Positions 23,785-35,779 of a DNA stretch of 64,000 nucleotides are shown piece after piece. The notes under the pieces were generated by a model. It did no database searches, was not told the origin of the DNA, and saw only the letters and a list, made by a program, of their open reading frames with translations. The DNA comes from Octopus sinensis (taxonomy: Eukaryota). The stretch covers positions 44,206,001 through 44,270,000 of the forward strand of contig NC_043014.1 in the NCBI RefSeq assembly GCF_006345805.1. Reading direction: 5' to 3'. The position numbers were made by a program, and so were the translations under genes. Each line of letters begins with the position of its first letter. The first letter of the stretch is position 1.

Positions 23785-24315
23785 GAGAGAAGGCATCTGG
23801 AAAGTGGAATGCCCTCAAGCGCACGCAAGCCCTCCGCCAGTCGAACACGGAAACAGGTGGTAAGTCCACTTTAGCGTTCTATAGAGGCTTAGTGGAGGGA
23901 AAGTGCGACGACATTCTTGAGGAGACCTTGGGTGCCGAAAAAGATCAGTTGGCTGCTCTTTTCTGGCAAACTTTCGGCCGAGACCGATGGATAACTACCA
24001 GAAATCTCTGGCGTGACAGTGCTATCGGGGAGCTTTGCCTCTTCGAGATAAACTATACAGGCACGGAAGTGCCGTCAGCCGATCATGTCCGTAATGCACT
24101 CAGGACGACAAAATCGTTCTGCATGCACTCGTCCAATCCTCAAGAATTACTGAACTGTGGGTTTATGTCGAACACGTGCTGTCGCGTATGGAATGGACCC
24201 GACTGTCAACTGAATCCAACGTGAAGATCGCCCTGCTGCCTTCTTTAGCCGGGAAGGGCAAGCCTGGTGGTTATAGCGACAGAGGTTGTACGGCGGACGA
24301 GATTAAAAGGAATGA
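23785..24315 (+). mobile_element. Tx1/L1-clade LINE ORF2 C-terminal fragment (zf-RVT), degenerate
   Basis: Frame from 23986: MDNYQKSLA*QCYRGALPLRDKLYRHGSAVSRSCP*CTQDDKIVLHALVQS..ITELWVYVE = zf-RVT pattern (W..G.LP.RD.L.R.G...CP.C....E...HAL..C) with in-frame stops. Confidence 0.75.
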
Positions 24316-24505
24316 AAGCAAACATTTTTCTTTTTGGCCAATCCTTGATTCACTTCTTTAGTGTTCACTTAAAGAGGAAAATAAGGGTAGAGAGGAAAGT
24401 ATTGCTTTCTACCCAGTTTGTTGGAAGGTGGATGAGAGTGTTGTCACGTACATTGTTTTGTCTTGGTATAAAAGATGGGCTACAGCAAATATTCTGCTCA
24501 ATACC

Positions 24506-24738
24506 TATTTCTTTATTACCCACAAGGGGCTAAACACAGAGGGGACAAACAAGGACAGACATAGGTATTAAGTCAATTACATCGACCCCAGTGCGTAACT
24601 GGTACTTAATTTATCGACCCCGAAAGGATGAAAGGCAAAGTCGACCTCGGCGGAATTTGAACTCACAACGTAACGCAGACGAAATACCGCTAAGCATTTC
24701 GCCAGGCGTGCGCTAACGATTCTGCCAGCTCGCCGCCT
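24506..24738 (-). mobile_element. SINE family B, full length with 15-bp TSD
   Basis: TSD ATTCTGCTCAATACC at 24491-24505 and 24739-24753. Confidence 0.9.
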
Positions 24739-25089
24739 ATTCTGCTCAATACCACAGATTTGCTGGTCAGTTGCTTGGCCTTAACCAGTTGAGCATGTCC
24801 CTTAGTGGCTGACGATATGTGCATCTCTGATCACGAGTAGAAGCAGTGGCGAGAATGGTGCGAGTGAATGGGCCTGCCTGTAATCGAAGAAGAGGAAATG
24901 AGAAAAGGTACCTGCCCCAGAAGTCAGGACACCCGTGGTTTTATGGGGTATTTCCATGAGCAGCTCTCGCACATCTCCTTCCGGTTGAGGATTAAACACA
25001 AATCCTTTACAACACACATTCTTTGTTTTGTCCTGTACTGTCCATGATATTTATTATTATTATTATAAATTATTATTATTATTCTATGA

Positions 25090-25320
25090 AGGCGGTGAGC
25101 TGGCAAAAACGTTAGGACGCCGGGCGAAATGTGTAGCTGTATTTCGTCTGCCGTTACGTTCTGAGTTCAAATTCCGCCGAGGTTGACTTTGCCTTTCACC
25201 CTTTCGGGGTCGATAAATAAAGTACCAGTTACACACTGGAGTCGATGTAATCGACTTAATCCGTTTGTCTGTCCTTGTTTGTCCCCTCTGTATTTAGCCC
25301 CTTGTGGGCATTAAAGAAAT
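25090..25320 (+). mobile_element. SINE family B
   Basis: Head AGGCGGTGAGCTGGCAAAAACGTTAG, tail GTGGGCATTAAAGAAATA. Confidence 0.85.
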
Positions 25321-25413
25321 AATAATTATTATTATTCTATGTTTGACTTTTGCTTTACATTTGCACAAGCTGGCTCCAAGCCTCACCCAGAGACCTCAAG
25401 AGACAAGTTGGAA

Positions 25414-25462
<49 letters not shown>

Positions 25463-25610
25463 GTTATCATCATCATCATCATCATCATTATTGAGTGAGA
25501 GAGCAGTGCATGCCATCAAAGTGACACAGGGTTAAAATATACGAAGCCCAGAATACCCATCATAATTACCCGTCTAAGGGTACACCAGGCACATGATAAT
25601 AATAATAATA

Positions 25611-25663
<53 letters not shown>

Positions 25664-25677
25664 CATTATTATTATTA

Positions 25678-25722
<45 letters not shown>

Positions 25723-26407
25723 GTTGTTGTAAATATTTGTCTCCAAACACTTTGGAAACCGTATTTCGGTTGAGTGTCTTAAATTTCTTTAAAAAAAGGA
25801 ATTTAAGTTTGCTTTCTCATTCAGAGAAATTATTATGCTACTCATCGGGTTGTGATTTAAGGGAGACAACTTTTAAACCTTTAGGTCAAAAATTTTTTTT
25901 AAATTATCTTTTTTTTTTCTTACAAGTATCTTACCAGTATCTTATATGTATAAATAATTTGTAAAATTATAAAATATGGGTGTGTTATATACTATTCGTC
26001 TGCCGAGGTCGACTTTGCCTTTCATCCTTTCGGGGTCGATAAATTAAGTACCAGTTACGCACTGGGGTCGATGTAATCGACTTAATTCGTTTGTCTGTCT
26101 TTGTTTAGCCCCTTGTGGGTTATAAAGAAACATATATACTATATAGCAAGAATAAAAATCTAACGGCTTGGGGAGGGGGTTAATGGATTCATTGTATTTT
26201 TTTGTTGGGATGGATATGTGTGGCACTTTTTTTTTTCGTTAGAAATTAGCACGCCATCAGCAGCCGGATTACGATATATATATAAGTGTAAATAAATATA
26301 TGAAGATGTGTAGCTAGCAAGGGAGGCAGATAGCGACCATGTGCAGTAGCAGCTGTCTCTGAAGTATCATAAATTCTACGAGATATTTTTAGAAGAACAC
26401 ACACACA

Positions 26408-26470
<63 letters not shown>

Positions 26471-26600
26471 TTTCTTTCTTTCTCTCTGCCCGAGTTTGGC
26501 TGCATATATCATAAAGACAAGACCGCATTACTTGATATACGCATGTAGGTGTGTGAAGAGGAGAGAGAAGATATTTCTGTCAAGGTGAAGGTCATATTGA

Positions 26601-27044
26601 GGATCTTTTCGGTTTTGGACGGCAGTTTTTTTTTGTTTTTTTTTATAATTTCCACGTAACTAAACACTTTTAAACTTCGTATACTGGTAGAATGTGTTTA
26701 TATAACATCTTTTTCTCTTGGCTTTATTGAGAAAATTCTGTAGTTTGTAAGCTATTTGTTGGGATCTTTGTTGTTTTTTTCTTAAATTTCTGCAATTTCA
26801 ACCAATCAATGACGTCTATTCAGGTAAAAAAACATTCTGTGCCGTATGAATATGTCCCTCATTTAAGAAACAGATTGGGTTTATTTACATTTGTGAAAAA
26901 AAAAAGATACCCATCCCCCTAACCCTAACCCTAACCCTAACTAACCCTAACCCTAAAACAGATTGAAATGCAATAGATTGATACTAGGGTCATAATTATG
27001 GGTGACAATTTCATATGACACCGCCGTTCAAACCGAAAAGATCC
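26601..27044. mobile_element. Merlin-like MITE with internal (CCCTAA)n tract
   Basis: TIR GGATCTTTTCGGTTT..ACGGC; flanks TCATATTGA / TCATATTCT (imperfect 9 bp); telomere-like tract about 26916-26955. Confidence 0.75.
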
Positions 27045-27189
27045 TCATATTCTTTTGATTAGAAGCTAGGTTTAACACAACCACAATATATTGCTGGTTA
27101 TTATTGAATTCCAAAAGCAGAAAGTAAAAAGAAAAAAATGTCCTCTCTAGTAACCAGGGTTGGACTCAGAACATTAAACATTAAGCGTA

Positions 27190-27600
27190 TAGGCGTAGGA
27201 GTGGCTGTGTGCTAAGTAACTTGCTTACCAACCACATGGTTCTGGGTTCAGTCCCACTGCGTGGCACCTTGGGCAAGTGTCTTCTACTATAGCCTCGGGC
27301 CGACCAAAGCCTTGTGAGTGGATATGGTAGACGGAAACTGAAAGAAGCCCGTCGTATATATGTATATATATATATATATGTGTGTGTATGTTTGTGTGTC
27401 TGTGTTTGTCCCCCTAGCATTGCTTGACAACCGATGCTGGTGTGTTTACGTCCCCGTCACTTAGCGGTTCGGCTAACGAGACCGATAGAATAAGTACTAG
27501 GCTTACAAAGAATAAGTCCCGGGGGCGATTTGCGCGACTAAAGGCGGTGCTCCAGCATGGCCGCAGTCAAGTTACTGAAACAAGTAAAAGAAGAAAAAAA
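27190..27600 (+). mobile_element. SINE family A
   Basis: Full head, central microsatellite and tail. Confidence 0.85.
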
Positions 27601-28083
27601 GAAAAAGGAAAAACATATTAAACTTAAACACACACGCACATGCGCACGGTCTTAATGAACACATACGCATATACAGACAGACGTGGTTCTTATGGGCAAC
27701 ATCTACTCAAAAGCAAAGCATATCAAGTATTTGATAAGAAACATAGAATGGTATTTTATGATTCTTTGTTCTTTATCTATCATCCCCACCACCAAAAACA
27801 ACTCTGATTGCCAAGGAATACTGCCTCAGACAGTCGAACTGCTTTGGCGTGGTATTTGCTCTTTACAGTACTCCTTGGCAGCTGAACAAACCAAGCCAAG
27901 GAGCTCTGCTCCACTTAAATGAAATGCCAAGGATAACGCTTTCATCAATAAGAACGCATCTACTTAGTCTCTCAACATGCTTGAAATAGCAGCTAAATCT
28001 TCTTCAAATCACATCCTATTGTCTCGAAAAACGAAGTAACATAAAATTGGAAAGGCACCTAGTCCTTCAGATGGTTAAGAAAC

Positions 28084-28416
28084 GGATCTTTTCGCTTTGA
28101 CCGGCAGATTTTTAAAATAATTTTTTGTAACTAAACACTTTTAAACTTCGTATACTGGTAGAATGTGTTTATAATACATCTTTTTCTCTTGGCTTTCTTG
28201 AGATATTGTATTCACCTCAATAGACGTCATTGATTGGTTGAAGTTGCCGAAATGCAAGAAATTAAACAACAAATAGCTTACAAACTACAAAATTTTCTCA
28301 AGAAAACCAAGAGAAGAAGATGTTTTATAAACACATTCTACCAGTATACGAAGTTTAAAAGTGTTCAGTTACAAAGAAATTTTTTAATAAATCTGCCGGT
28401 CAAAGTGAAAACATCC
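28084..28416. mobile_element. Merlin-like MITE, palindromic derivative
   Basis: TIR variant GGATCTTTTCGCTTTGACCGGCAGATT; perfect 8-bp TSD TAAGAAAC; ~120-bp inverted arms. Confidence 0.8.
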
Positions 28417-28599
28417 TAAGAAACTTACTTCTCAACCAAATTGTTTCAGGTTCAGTTCTATTGCGTGACACTTTAGGCATGTGTCTTCTACTGGAGCCCC
28501 GGGACGACATAAGCTTCGTCAGAGTATTTGGCGGAAGGAAACTGAAAGAAGTTTTGAGACCCTTTCAGAAGAGATAGTGTAATCATTGACAGGAAATTC

Positions 28600-29005
28600 G
28601 GATCTTTTCGGTCTGAACGGCAGTTTTTTCTAGCGATGTCATATGAAATTGTCACCCATAATTATGACCCTAGTATCGATCTATTGCATTTCAATGTTTT
28701 AGGGTTAGGAGTGGGGGGAAGGGTATCTTTTTTTCTTCGGAAATGTAAATAAACCCAATCTGTTTCTTAAACGAGGGACATATTCATACGGCACAGAATA
28801 TTTTTACCTCAATAGACGTCATTGATTGGTTGAAATTGCAGAAATTGAAGAAAAAAAACCAAATATCTTACAAACTATAGAATTTTCTCAATAAAGCCAA
28901 GAGAAAAAGATGTTTTATAAACACATTCTACCAGTATACGAAGTTTAAAAGTGTTTAGTTACGTGGAAATTATGTTAAAAACTGCCGTTCAAACCGGAAA
29001 GGTCC
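28600..29005. mobile_element. Merlin-like MITE
   Basis: Perfect 8-bp TSD GGAAATTC; same TIR and body. Confidence 0.85.
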
Positions 29006-29354
29006 GGAAATTCATTTTCACCATAAATCAATAAATATATACATTTGCAAATTTTTGGTAACTTTAGCCAATCGAAATTCACAGACATACAGGTGCCTGT
29101 TACCATAGTAACAAGCCAAGCTGTTACCAAACTGCTCACCCACGCTTATTAAATGCTTAAAACACACGAGATATGAGGAGGTCGTGAGATATGCTAACTA
29201 TAATAGCTAATAAGGCCTTAAATCACGCACCAATTTTTTTTTTGGCATAATTGTATGTAGAATACAAATTTGCAAAAATTTTCTGAAAATCCCCAAAACT
29301 AAAATAGCTGTGAGGGTCTACATGGCGTGCATACAACAGAATTCCACCACTATT

Positions 29355-30690
29355 TCTTTATCGAACCGCTAGATTATTTTATTCTTCTTTGGCAAACCGC
29401 TAGTTAATTTTGTAGACCACGTTTGGCGAACCGCTAAGTTATTTTATTCGTCTCCTTTGGCGAACCTCTAGCTTATTTTCTCGAACCCATTTGGCGAACC
29501 GCTATTATTATTTTATTGTTCCCGTTTGGCGAACCGCTAAGTTATTTTATCGACTACGTTTGGCGAACCGCTAATTTATTTTGTCGATCCCGTTTGGCGA
29601 ACCGCTATTATTATTTTATTGATCTCGTTTGGCGAACCGCTATGTTATTTTATCGATTACGTTTGGCGAACCGCTAACTTATTTTATCGATCCCGTTTGG
29701 CGAACAACTACTGTTGTTATTTTATCGATCACGTTTGGCGAACCGCTAAGTTATTTCATCGCGCCTATTTGGCGAACCGCTAAGTTATTTCCTCGATCTC
29801 CTTTGGCGAACCGCTAGTTTATTTTACCGATCACATTTAGCGAACCACTATGTGATTTCATCGAACCCGTTTGGCGAATCGCTACTGTCGTTATTTTATC
29901 GATCTTCTTTGGCAAACCGCAACTGTTGTTATTTTATCGATCATATTTGGCGAACCGCTGAGTTATTTCATCGAGCCCGTTTGGCGAACCGCTAGGTAAT
30001 TTTATCGATCTCCTTTGGCGAACCGCTAGTAATTTTATCGATCCCGTTTGGCGGACCGCTGAGTTATTTTATCGATCACTGTTTGGTGAACCACTAAGTT
30101 ATTTTATCGATCTCCTTATGGCGAACCGCTAAGTTATTTTACCGTTCTTCTTTGGCGAACCGCTAGTTTATTTTATCGATGACGTTTGGTGAACCACAAA
30201 GTTATTTTATCGATCACGTTTGGCGAAACGCTAGGTTATTTTAACGATCCCTTTGGCGAATCGCTAATGTTATTTTATCGAACTTCTTTGGCGAACCGCT
30301 AGATTATTTTATCGATATCCTTTGGCGAACCGCTAGTTTATTTTATCGATCACGTTTAGCGAACCGCTAGGTTATTTCATTGAACTTCTTTGGCGAACCG
30401 CTAAGTTATTTTATCGATCCTGTTTGGCGAACAGCTAGGTAATTTTATCGATCACGTTTGGCGAACCGCTGTTATTTTATCGGTCACGTTTGGCGAACCG
30501 TTAAGCTATTACATCGGCCACCGTTTGGCGAACCGCTAAGTTATTTTATTGATCTTCTTTGGCGAACAGCTAGTTAATTTTATCGATCACGTTTGGTGAA
30601 CCGCTAAGTTATTTTATCGGTCACGTTTGGCGAACCGTTAAGCTATTACATCGGCGACCGTTTGGTGAATCGCTAAGTTATTTTATCGAT
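29355..30690 (+). repeat. 34-bp minisatellite (TTATTTTATCGATCTCCTTTGGCGAACCGCTAAG)n, about 38 diverged units
   Basis: Direct inspection; units 33-37 bp; multi-unit duplications near the 3' end. Confidence 0.95.
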
Positions 30691-31159
30691 ACTGCTAGTA
30701 TATTATAGAAAGTTTTCGAAGAAAGTATATATATATTACATTGAGAGTTATTTCCCTCGAAAGAATTACTCCCCCTAAACAATTTTTTTTCGTATTACCT
30801 CCCTTTGTGATAGTTGCGCATCTATAATTGTTTCCCTTAGAAGTTTTCTATCGCATTTATATTTGTCACATTTTTGATTATTTACAAAAGACGCAGCATC
30901 TGAAAAAAAAAATTCTCTTGGAGAAATTTTATCAAAATTTTAACAAATATTTTTCCTTCTATGAAAACATTTCTTTACCCGTTTATTGCTTTTTATGTTA
31001 TAGGAAGACTTGAACGCATAAATTTAATTCTGTCATTGCTATTATTTTGATGCTCTTTTACTCTTTTACTCGTTCCAGTCATTTGACTGTGGCCATGCTG
31101 GAGCACCGCCTTTACATTCCCTATCACACTGAATCTTCCGGAGAACTACTTTGAAAGTA

Positions 31160-31600
31160 CAGGCGTAGAAGTGGCTGTGTGGTAAGTAACTTGCTTACCA
31201 ACAACATGGTTCCGGGTTCAAGTCCCACTGCGTGGCACCTTGAGCAAGTGTCTTCTGCTATAGTCTCGGGCCGACCAATGCCTTGTGAGTGGATTTGGTA
31301 GACGGAAACTGAAAGAAGCCCGTCGTATATATGTATATATATATATATATATTATATATGTGTGTGTGTGTGTGTATATGTTTGTGTGTCTGTGTTTGTT
31401 CCTCAAAATCGCTTGACAACCGATGCTGGTGTGTTTACGTCCACGTAACTTAGCGGTTCGGCAAAAGAAAACCGATAAAATAAGTACTAGGCTTACAATG
31501 AATAAGTCCTGGGGGCGATTTGCTCGACTAAAGGCGGTGCTCCAGCATGGCCACAGTCAAATGACTGAAACAATTAAAAAGAGTAAAAAAAAATAGAGTA
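31160..31600 (+). mobile_element. SINE family A
   Basis: Full-length match. Confidence 0.85.
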
Positions 31601-31739
31601 TGTGTCTGTGGAGTACTCAGCCACATGCACGTTCATTTCACGAGCAGATTGTTCCATTGAGCGGATCAATTGAAGTCTTCGTCGTCGTAACCAACGGAGT
31701 CGTAGTGATCTCCTCAACGAAACAGCGATTCTCCATTTC

Positions 31740-32330
31740 TTATTTCTTTATTGCCCACAAGGGGCTAAATACAGAGGGGACAAACAAAGGGATTAAGTCG
31801 ATTACATCGACCCCAGTGCGTAACTGGTACTTAATTTATCGACCCCGAAAGGATGAAAGGCAAAGTACCTCGGCGGAATTTGAACTCAGAATGTAACAGC
31901 AGACGAAATACCTATTTCTTTACTGCCCACAAGGGGCTAAACACAGAGAGGACAAACAAGGACAGACAAAGGGATTAAGTCGATTACATCGACCCCAGTG
32001 CGAAACTGGTACTTAATTTATCGACCCCGAAAGGATGAAAAGTAAAGTCGACCTCAGCGGAATTTGAACTCAGAATGTAACGGCAGACGAAATACCTATT
32101 TTTTTACTACCCACAAAGGGCTAAACACAGAGGGGACAAACAAGGACAGACAAAGGGATTAAGTCGATTACATAGGCCCCAGTGCGAAACTGGTACTTAA
32201 TTTATCGACCCCGAAAGGATGAAAGGCAAAGTCGACCTCGGCGGAATTTGAACTCACAGCGTAACGGCAGACGAAATACGGCTACGCATTTCGCCCGGCG
32301 TACAAACGGTTCTGCCAGCTCGCCGCCTTA
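31740..32330 (-). mobile_element. SINE family B, tandem trimer
   Basis: Three bodies and one head, with junctions GAAATAC|CTATTT. Confidence 0.88.
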
Positions 32331-32540
32331 TATGCTCAATATTATATCTTATCTTTTACTTGCTTCAGTCATTGAATTGTGGCCATGTTGGGTCACCACC
32401 TTGAGGCGTGTGGTCGAATGAATCAGCCCTAGTTCCGGTTTTGTTTTCTTTAAAGTCTAGTACTTATTCTATCCTTGTTTTTTGATGAACCGTTATGTTA
32501 CGGGTATGTAAACAAATCGACACTAGTTGTCAAACATTGT

Positions 32541-32850
32541 GTGGAGGCTCATGGTCTAGTGGTTAGAGCAGCGGACTCGCGGTCGAGGGATCGCGGGTTT
32601 GAAACTCAGACCGGGCGATGTGTGTGTTTATGAGCGAAACACCTAAGATCCACGCGGCTCCGGCAGAAGGTAATGGCGAACTTCATCTGACTCTTTCGCC
32701 ACAACTTTCTCTCACTCTTTCCTCCTGCATCTTGCAGCCCACCTGCGAAGGACCGGCGTCCCGTCCAGGTGGGGGACCCATACGCCAAGGAAACCGGGAA
32801 ACCGGCCCTTATGAGCCAGGCGTGGCTCGAAAAGGAACAAACAAAAACTG
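32541..32850 (+). mobile_element. tRNA-derived SINE family F
   Basis: Colinear with 11212-11516. Confidence 0.85.
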
Positions 32851-33151
32851 TGTGTGGGTCACACACACACACACACACACAGACATGTATGTATGTATGT
32901 ATGTATGTATGTATGTATGTATGTATGTATGTATGTATGTATGTATGTATAAATGTATGTATGTACACGATGGGCTTTCACACAATTTCCGTCTATGAAA
33001 TTCAGCCCGCGACTATAGGAGAAGACACGTTCCCCAAAGTTTCTCACAGTGGAACTGAACCCAAAACCGTGCCTAATCATACATGCAAAGATGGGCAAAG
33101 AAACGTTTGTGTAAATATTTCTAAATGAGCCTTGACTTAGCAGAATAGAGA

Positions 33152-33380
33152 AAGGCGGTGAGCTGGCAGAAACGTTAGCACGCCGAGCGAAATACGTAGC
33201 CGTATTTCGTCTGCCGTTACGTTCTGAGTTCAAATTCCGCCGAGGTCGACATTTCCTTTCATCTTTTCGGGGTCGGTAAATTAAGTACCAGTTACGCACT
33301 GGGGTCGATGTAATCGACTTAAACCGTTTGTCTGTCCTTGTTTGTCCCCTCTATGTTTAGCCCCTTGTGGGTAATAATAA
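33152..33380 (+). mobile_element. SINE family B
   Basis: Full-length match. Confidence 0.85.
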
Positions 33381-33391
33381 AAAAACAGATA

Positions 33392-33554
33392 AGGCGCAGG
33401 AGTGGTTGTGTGGTAAGTAGCTTGTTTACCAACCACACGGTTCCGGGTTCAGTCCCATTGAGTGGCAGTTTGGGCAAGTGTCTTCTACTATAGCCTCGGG
33501 CCGACCAAAGCCTTGTGAGTGGATTTGGTAGACGGAAACTGAAAGAAGTCCGTC

Positions 33555-33602
<48 letters not shown>

Positions 33603-33623
33603 TATATACACATATATATATAT

Positions 33624-33672
<49 letters not shown>

Positions 33673-33940
33673 ATATATATATATATATATATATTATATA
33701 TGTATATATATATGCGTGTGCGTGTTTGTGTGTCTGTGTTTGTCCCCCTAGCATTGCTTGACAACCGATGCTGGTGTGTTTATGTCCCCCGTTACCCAGC
33801 GGTTCGGCAAAAAGAGACCGATAGAGTAAGTACTGGGCTTACAAAAGAATAAGTCCCGTGGTCGAGTAGCTCGATTAAAGGCGGTGCTCCAGCATGGCCG
33901 CAGTCATATGACTTGAAACAAGTAAAAGAGTAAAAGAGTA
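33392..33940 (+). mobile_element. SINE family A with expanded central (TA)n
   Basis: Full-length match. Confidence 0.85.
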
Positions 33941-34339
33941 AGATATAATATTGAGCATAGACTTCGACGGTTAAAAGTAACGTGAAACCTTAATGGAAAT
34001 AACCCAGTGGTATTATCTACAGAAAATAAATGTCCAGTCGAAAATGCCCCAGCCTCCATTCGTAGACTACCTTTATGCTTGCCTATATTGAAGTTTGAAT
34101 GTTATCTGATAAGAGTTGCAAACGATACTTGTTTATTTATGTAATCATAAGGTGTTACGTTAACAATCATTCAGAGCTAACGATAAATAATATGTATCGT
34201 AGATATTCGGTCTGTTTATCTAATAAGCCGAAGTATCTTTTCAAATAAACTCAGTAGCTTAAACTGTAAATGTTTAGATGGGTTTTGCCAGCTAGAGTTA
34301 GCTTTTCTGAAAACAGACATAATTAGAAATAGTCACGCA

Positions 34340-34662
34340 CACGTATGTATGTATGTATATGTGTGTGTATGTATTTATGCATGTATGTATGCATGTATAT
34401 ATATGTGTGTGTGTGTGTGTGTATGCTTGTATATATATATATATATTATATATATATATTATATATATACATATATATATACATACATATATATATATAT
34501 GTATGTATGTATATATGTATGTATGTATGTATATATGTATATATGTATATATGTATGTATGTATATATGTATATATGTATGTATGTATGTATGTATGCAT
34601 GTATTTATGTATGTATATATATATATGTATATATATGTGTGTGTATATATATATAGAGAGAG

Positions 34663-34728
<66 letters not shown>

Positions 34729-34775
34729 GTAGGTAGGTAGGTAGGTAGGTAGGTAGGTAGGTAGGTAGGTAGGTA
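34340..34775. repeat. compound (TATG)n/(TA)n/(TAGA)n/(TAGG)n microsatellite
   Basis: Direct inspection. Confidence 0.95.
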
Positions 34776-35187
34776 ATGTAGATAGTGTTAACATCGAAGG
34801 TGTGTCATTTTGAAACGCACCTGCGTATTCCAGCATTCCAAAATTCCAAATTCGTATGTAGACGTTATATTTGTGGGAGGTATGCATAAGTGCTGAAAAT
34901 CCTGGAAAGTAATTTAGCAGATTAATTATACACCAAAACAAGAAACTGGAAAAAATTTTTGGACATATTTAATCACCATTACATATGTTTCATCTGCTAA
35001 TAGGAGTACAAGAGTTACAAAATTGTACGTGCAGTAGGAAACATATAAGAGATATCCTATTCCGCAAATGAAGCATATGTAATGGTGATTAGATAATGCC
35101 CAAAATTTTGTTCTATATTTTAGAGATGAGGAATTATGTACGTTATTTACATTGGACGAACAGGTGCCCTCACCTCGTTTGTTGTTA

Positions 35188-35231
35188 CCACAACGTTTCG
35201 GCTGGTTTACTCTCCAGCCTTCATCAGGTGG
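35188..35231 (-). ncRNA. minimal type I hammerhead ribozyme motif (Penelope-like)
   Basis: CCAC-CUGAUGA-A-GGCUGG(AGAGUAAA)CCAGCC-GAAAC-GUU-GUGG: helix I 4 bp, helix II 6 bp, palindromic AACGUU helix III, GUU cleavage triplet. Confidence 0.75.
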
Positions 35232-35321
35232 AATTTCGAACACAACCCTTTATTTGAGTAATAGAATACCCTCTTCTCATTCCTAAGGTATGTTTTTGCT
35301 GATGTTATTATCTCTTCAAAA

Positions 35322-35398
35322 CTGTCCGACGAACGGGAACATGAAACTGAGTAACAGCTTTTGTCCGACGAACTGGAACGTGAAACTCAGAGTAACAG
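35322..35398 (+). ncRNA. two tandem hammerhead-like motifs with variant core CCGACGA
   Basis: CUGU-CCGACGA-(10 nt)-GAAAC-UGA-GUA-ACAG repeated as UUGU-CCGACGA-(10 nt)-GAAAC-UCAGA-GUA-ACAG; helix II very weak. Confidence 0.4.
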
Positions 35399-35779
35399 CT
35401 TTTGTTATATTACTGCTGCTTTTAAATAAAGCATATTACTCTACCTCTGGTATTTGAGTACTCTTTTTTCCACCTTGTTTCACATTTATGCAATTATATA
35501 TATAATTATATATATATAAACACAAGTTTGCAATGTTTTCCCCCAAAAAGAGAATTACATATATACAGGGCTGAAACCCCCTTTTGGACAGTAAACGGTG
35601 AAGGCTGCCCGGGGGATTTGCACATGTTTCTGCTGTAGATATGACAGACGTTATACCATTGTACCAAAGCAATCTTTCGAATTTCTCTGTTCATTTCAGT
35701 ACCTTTATTCTTACCAGCAAGAATCGTATGCTGTTGACATCATAAGAGTTATATAAACTTTCGAGACAAAGTAAACTTA

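Noticed and set aside
23892-24224. 110-aa ORF as a host gene
   Set aside because: Largely an alternative frame of a decayed Tx1/L1 ORF2; the zf-RVT motif lies in another frame with stops
23785-24315. Tx1 fragment as a U2-targeting (Keno-like) insertion
   Set aside because: It lies about 3.4 kb from U2, no U2 sequence flanks it, and the U2 gene is uninterrupted
29355-30690. CRISPR-like array (conserved TTTGGCGAACCGCTA with variable intervening sequence)
   Set aside because: The intervening parts are homologous to each other rather than unique spacers, the period is only about 34 bp, the monomer derives from a SINE, the context is eukaryotic and there are no cas genes
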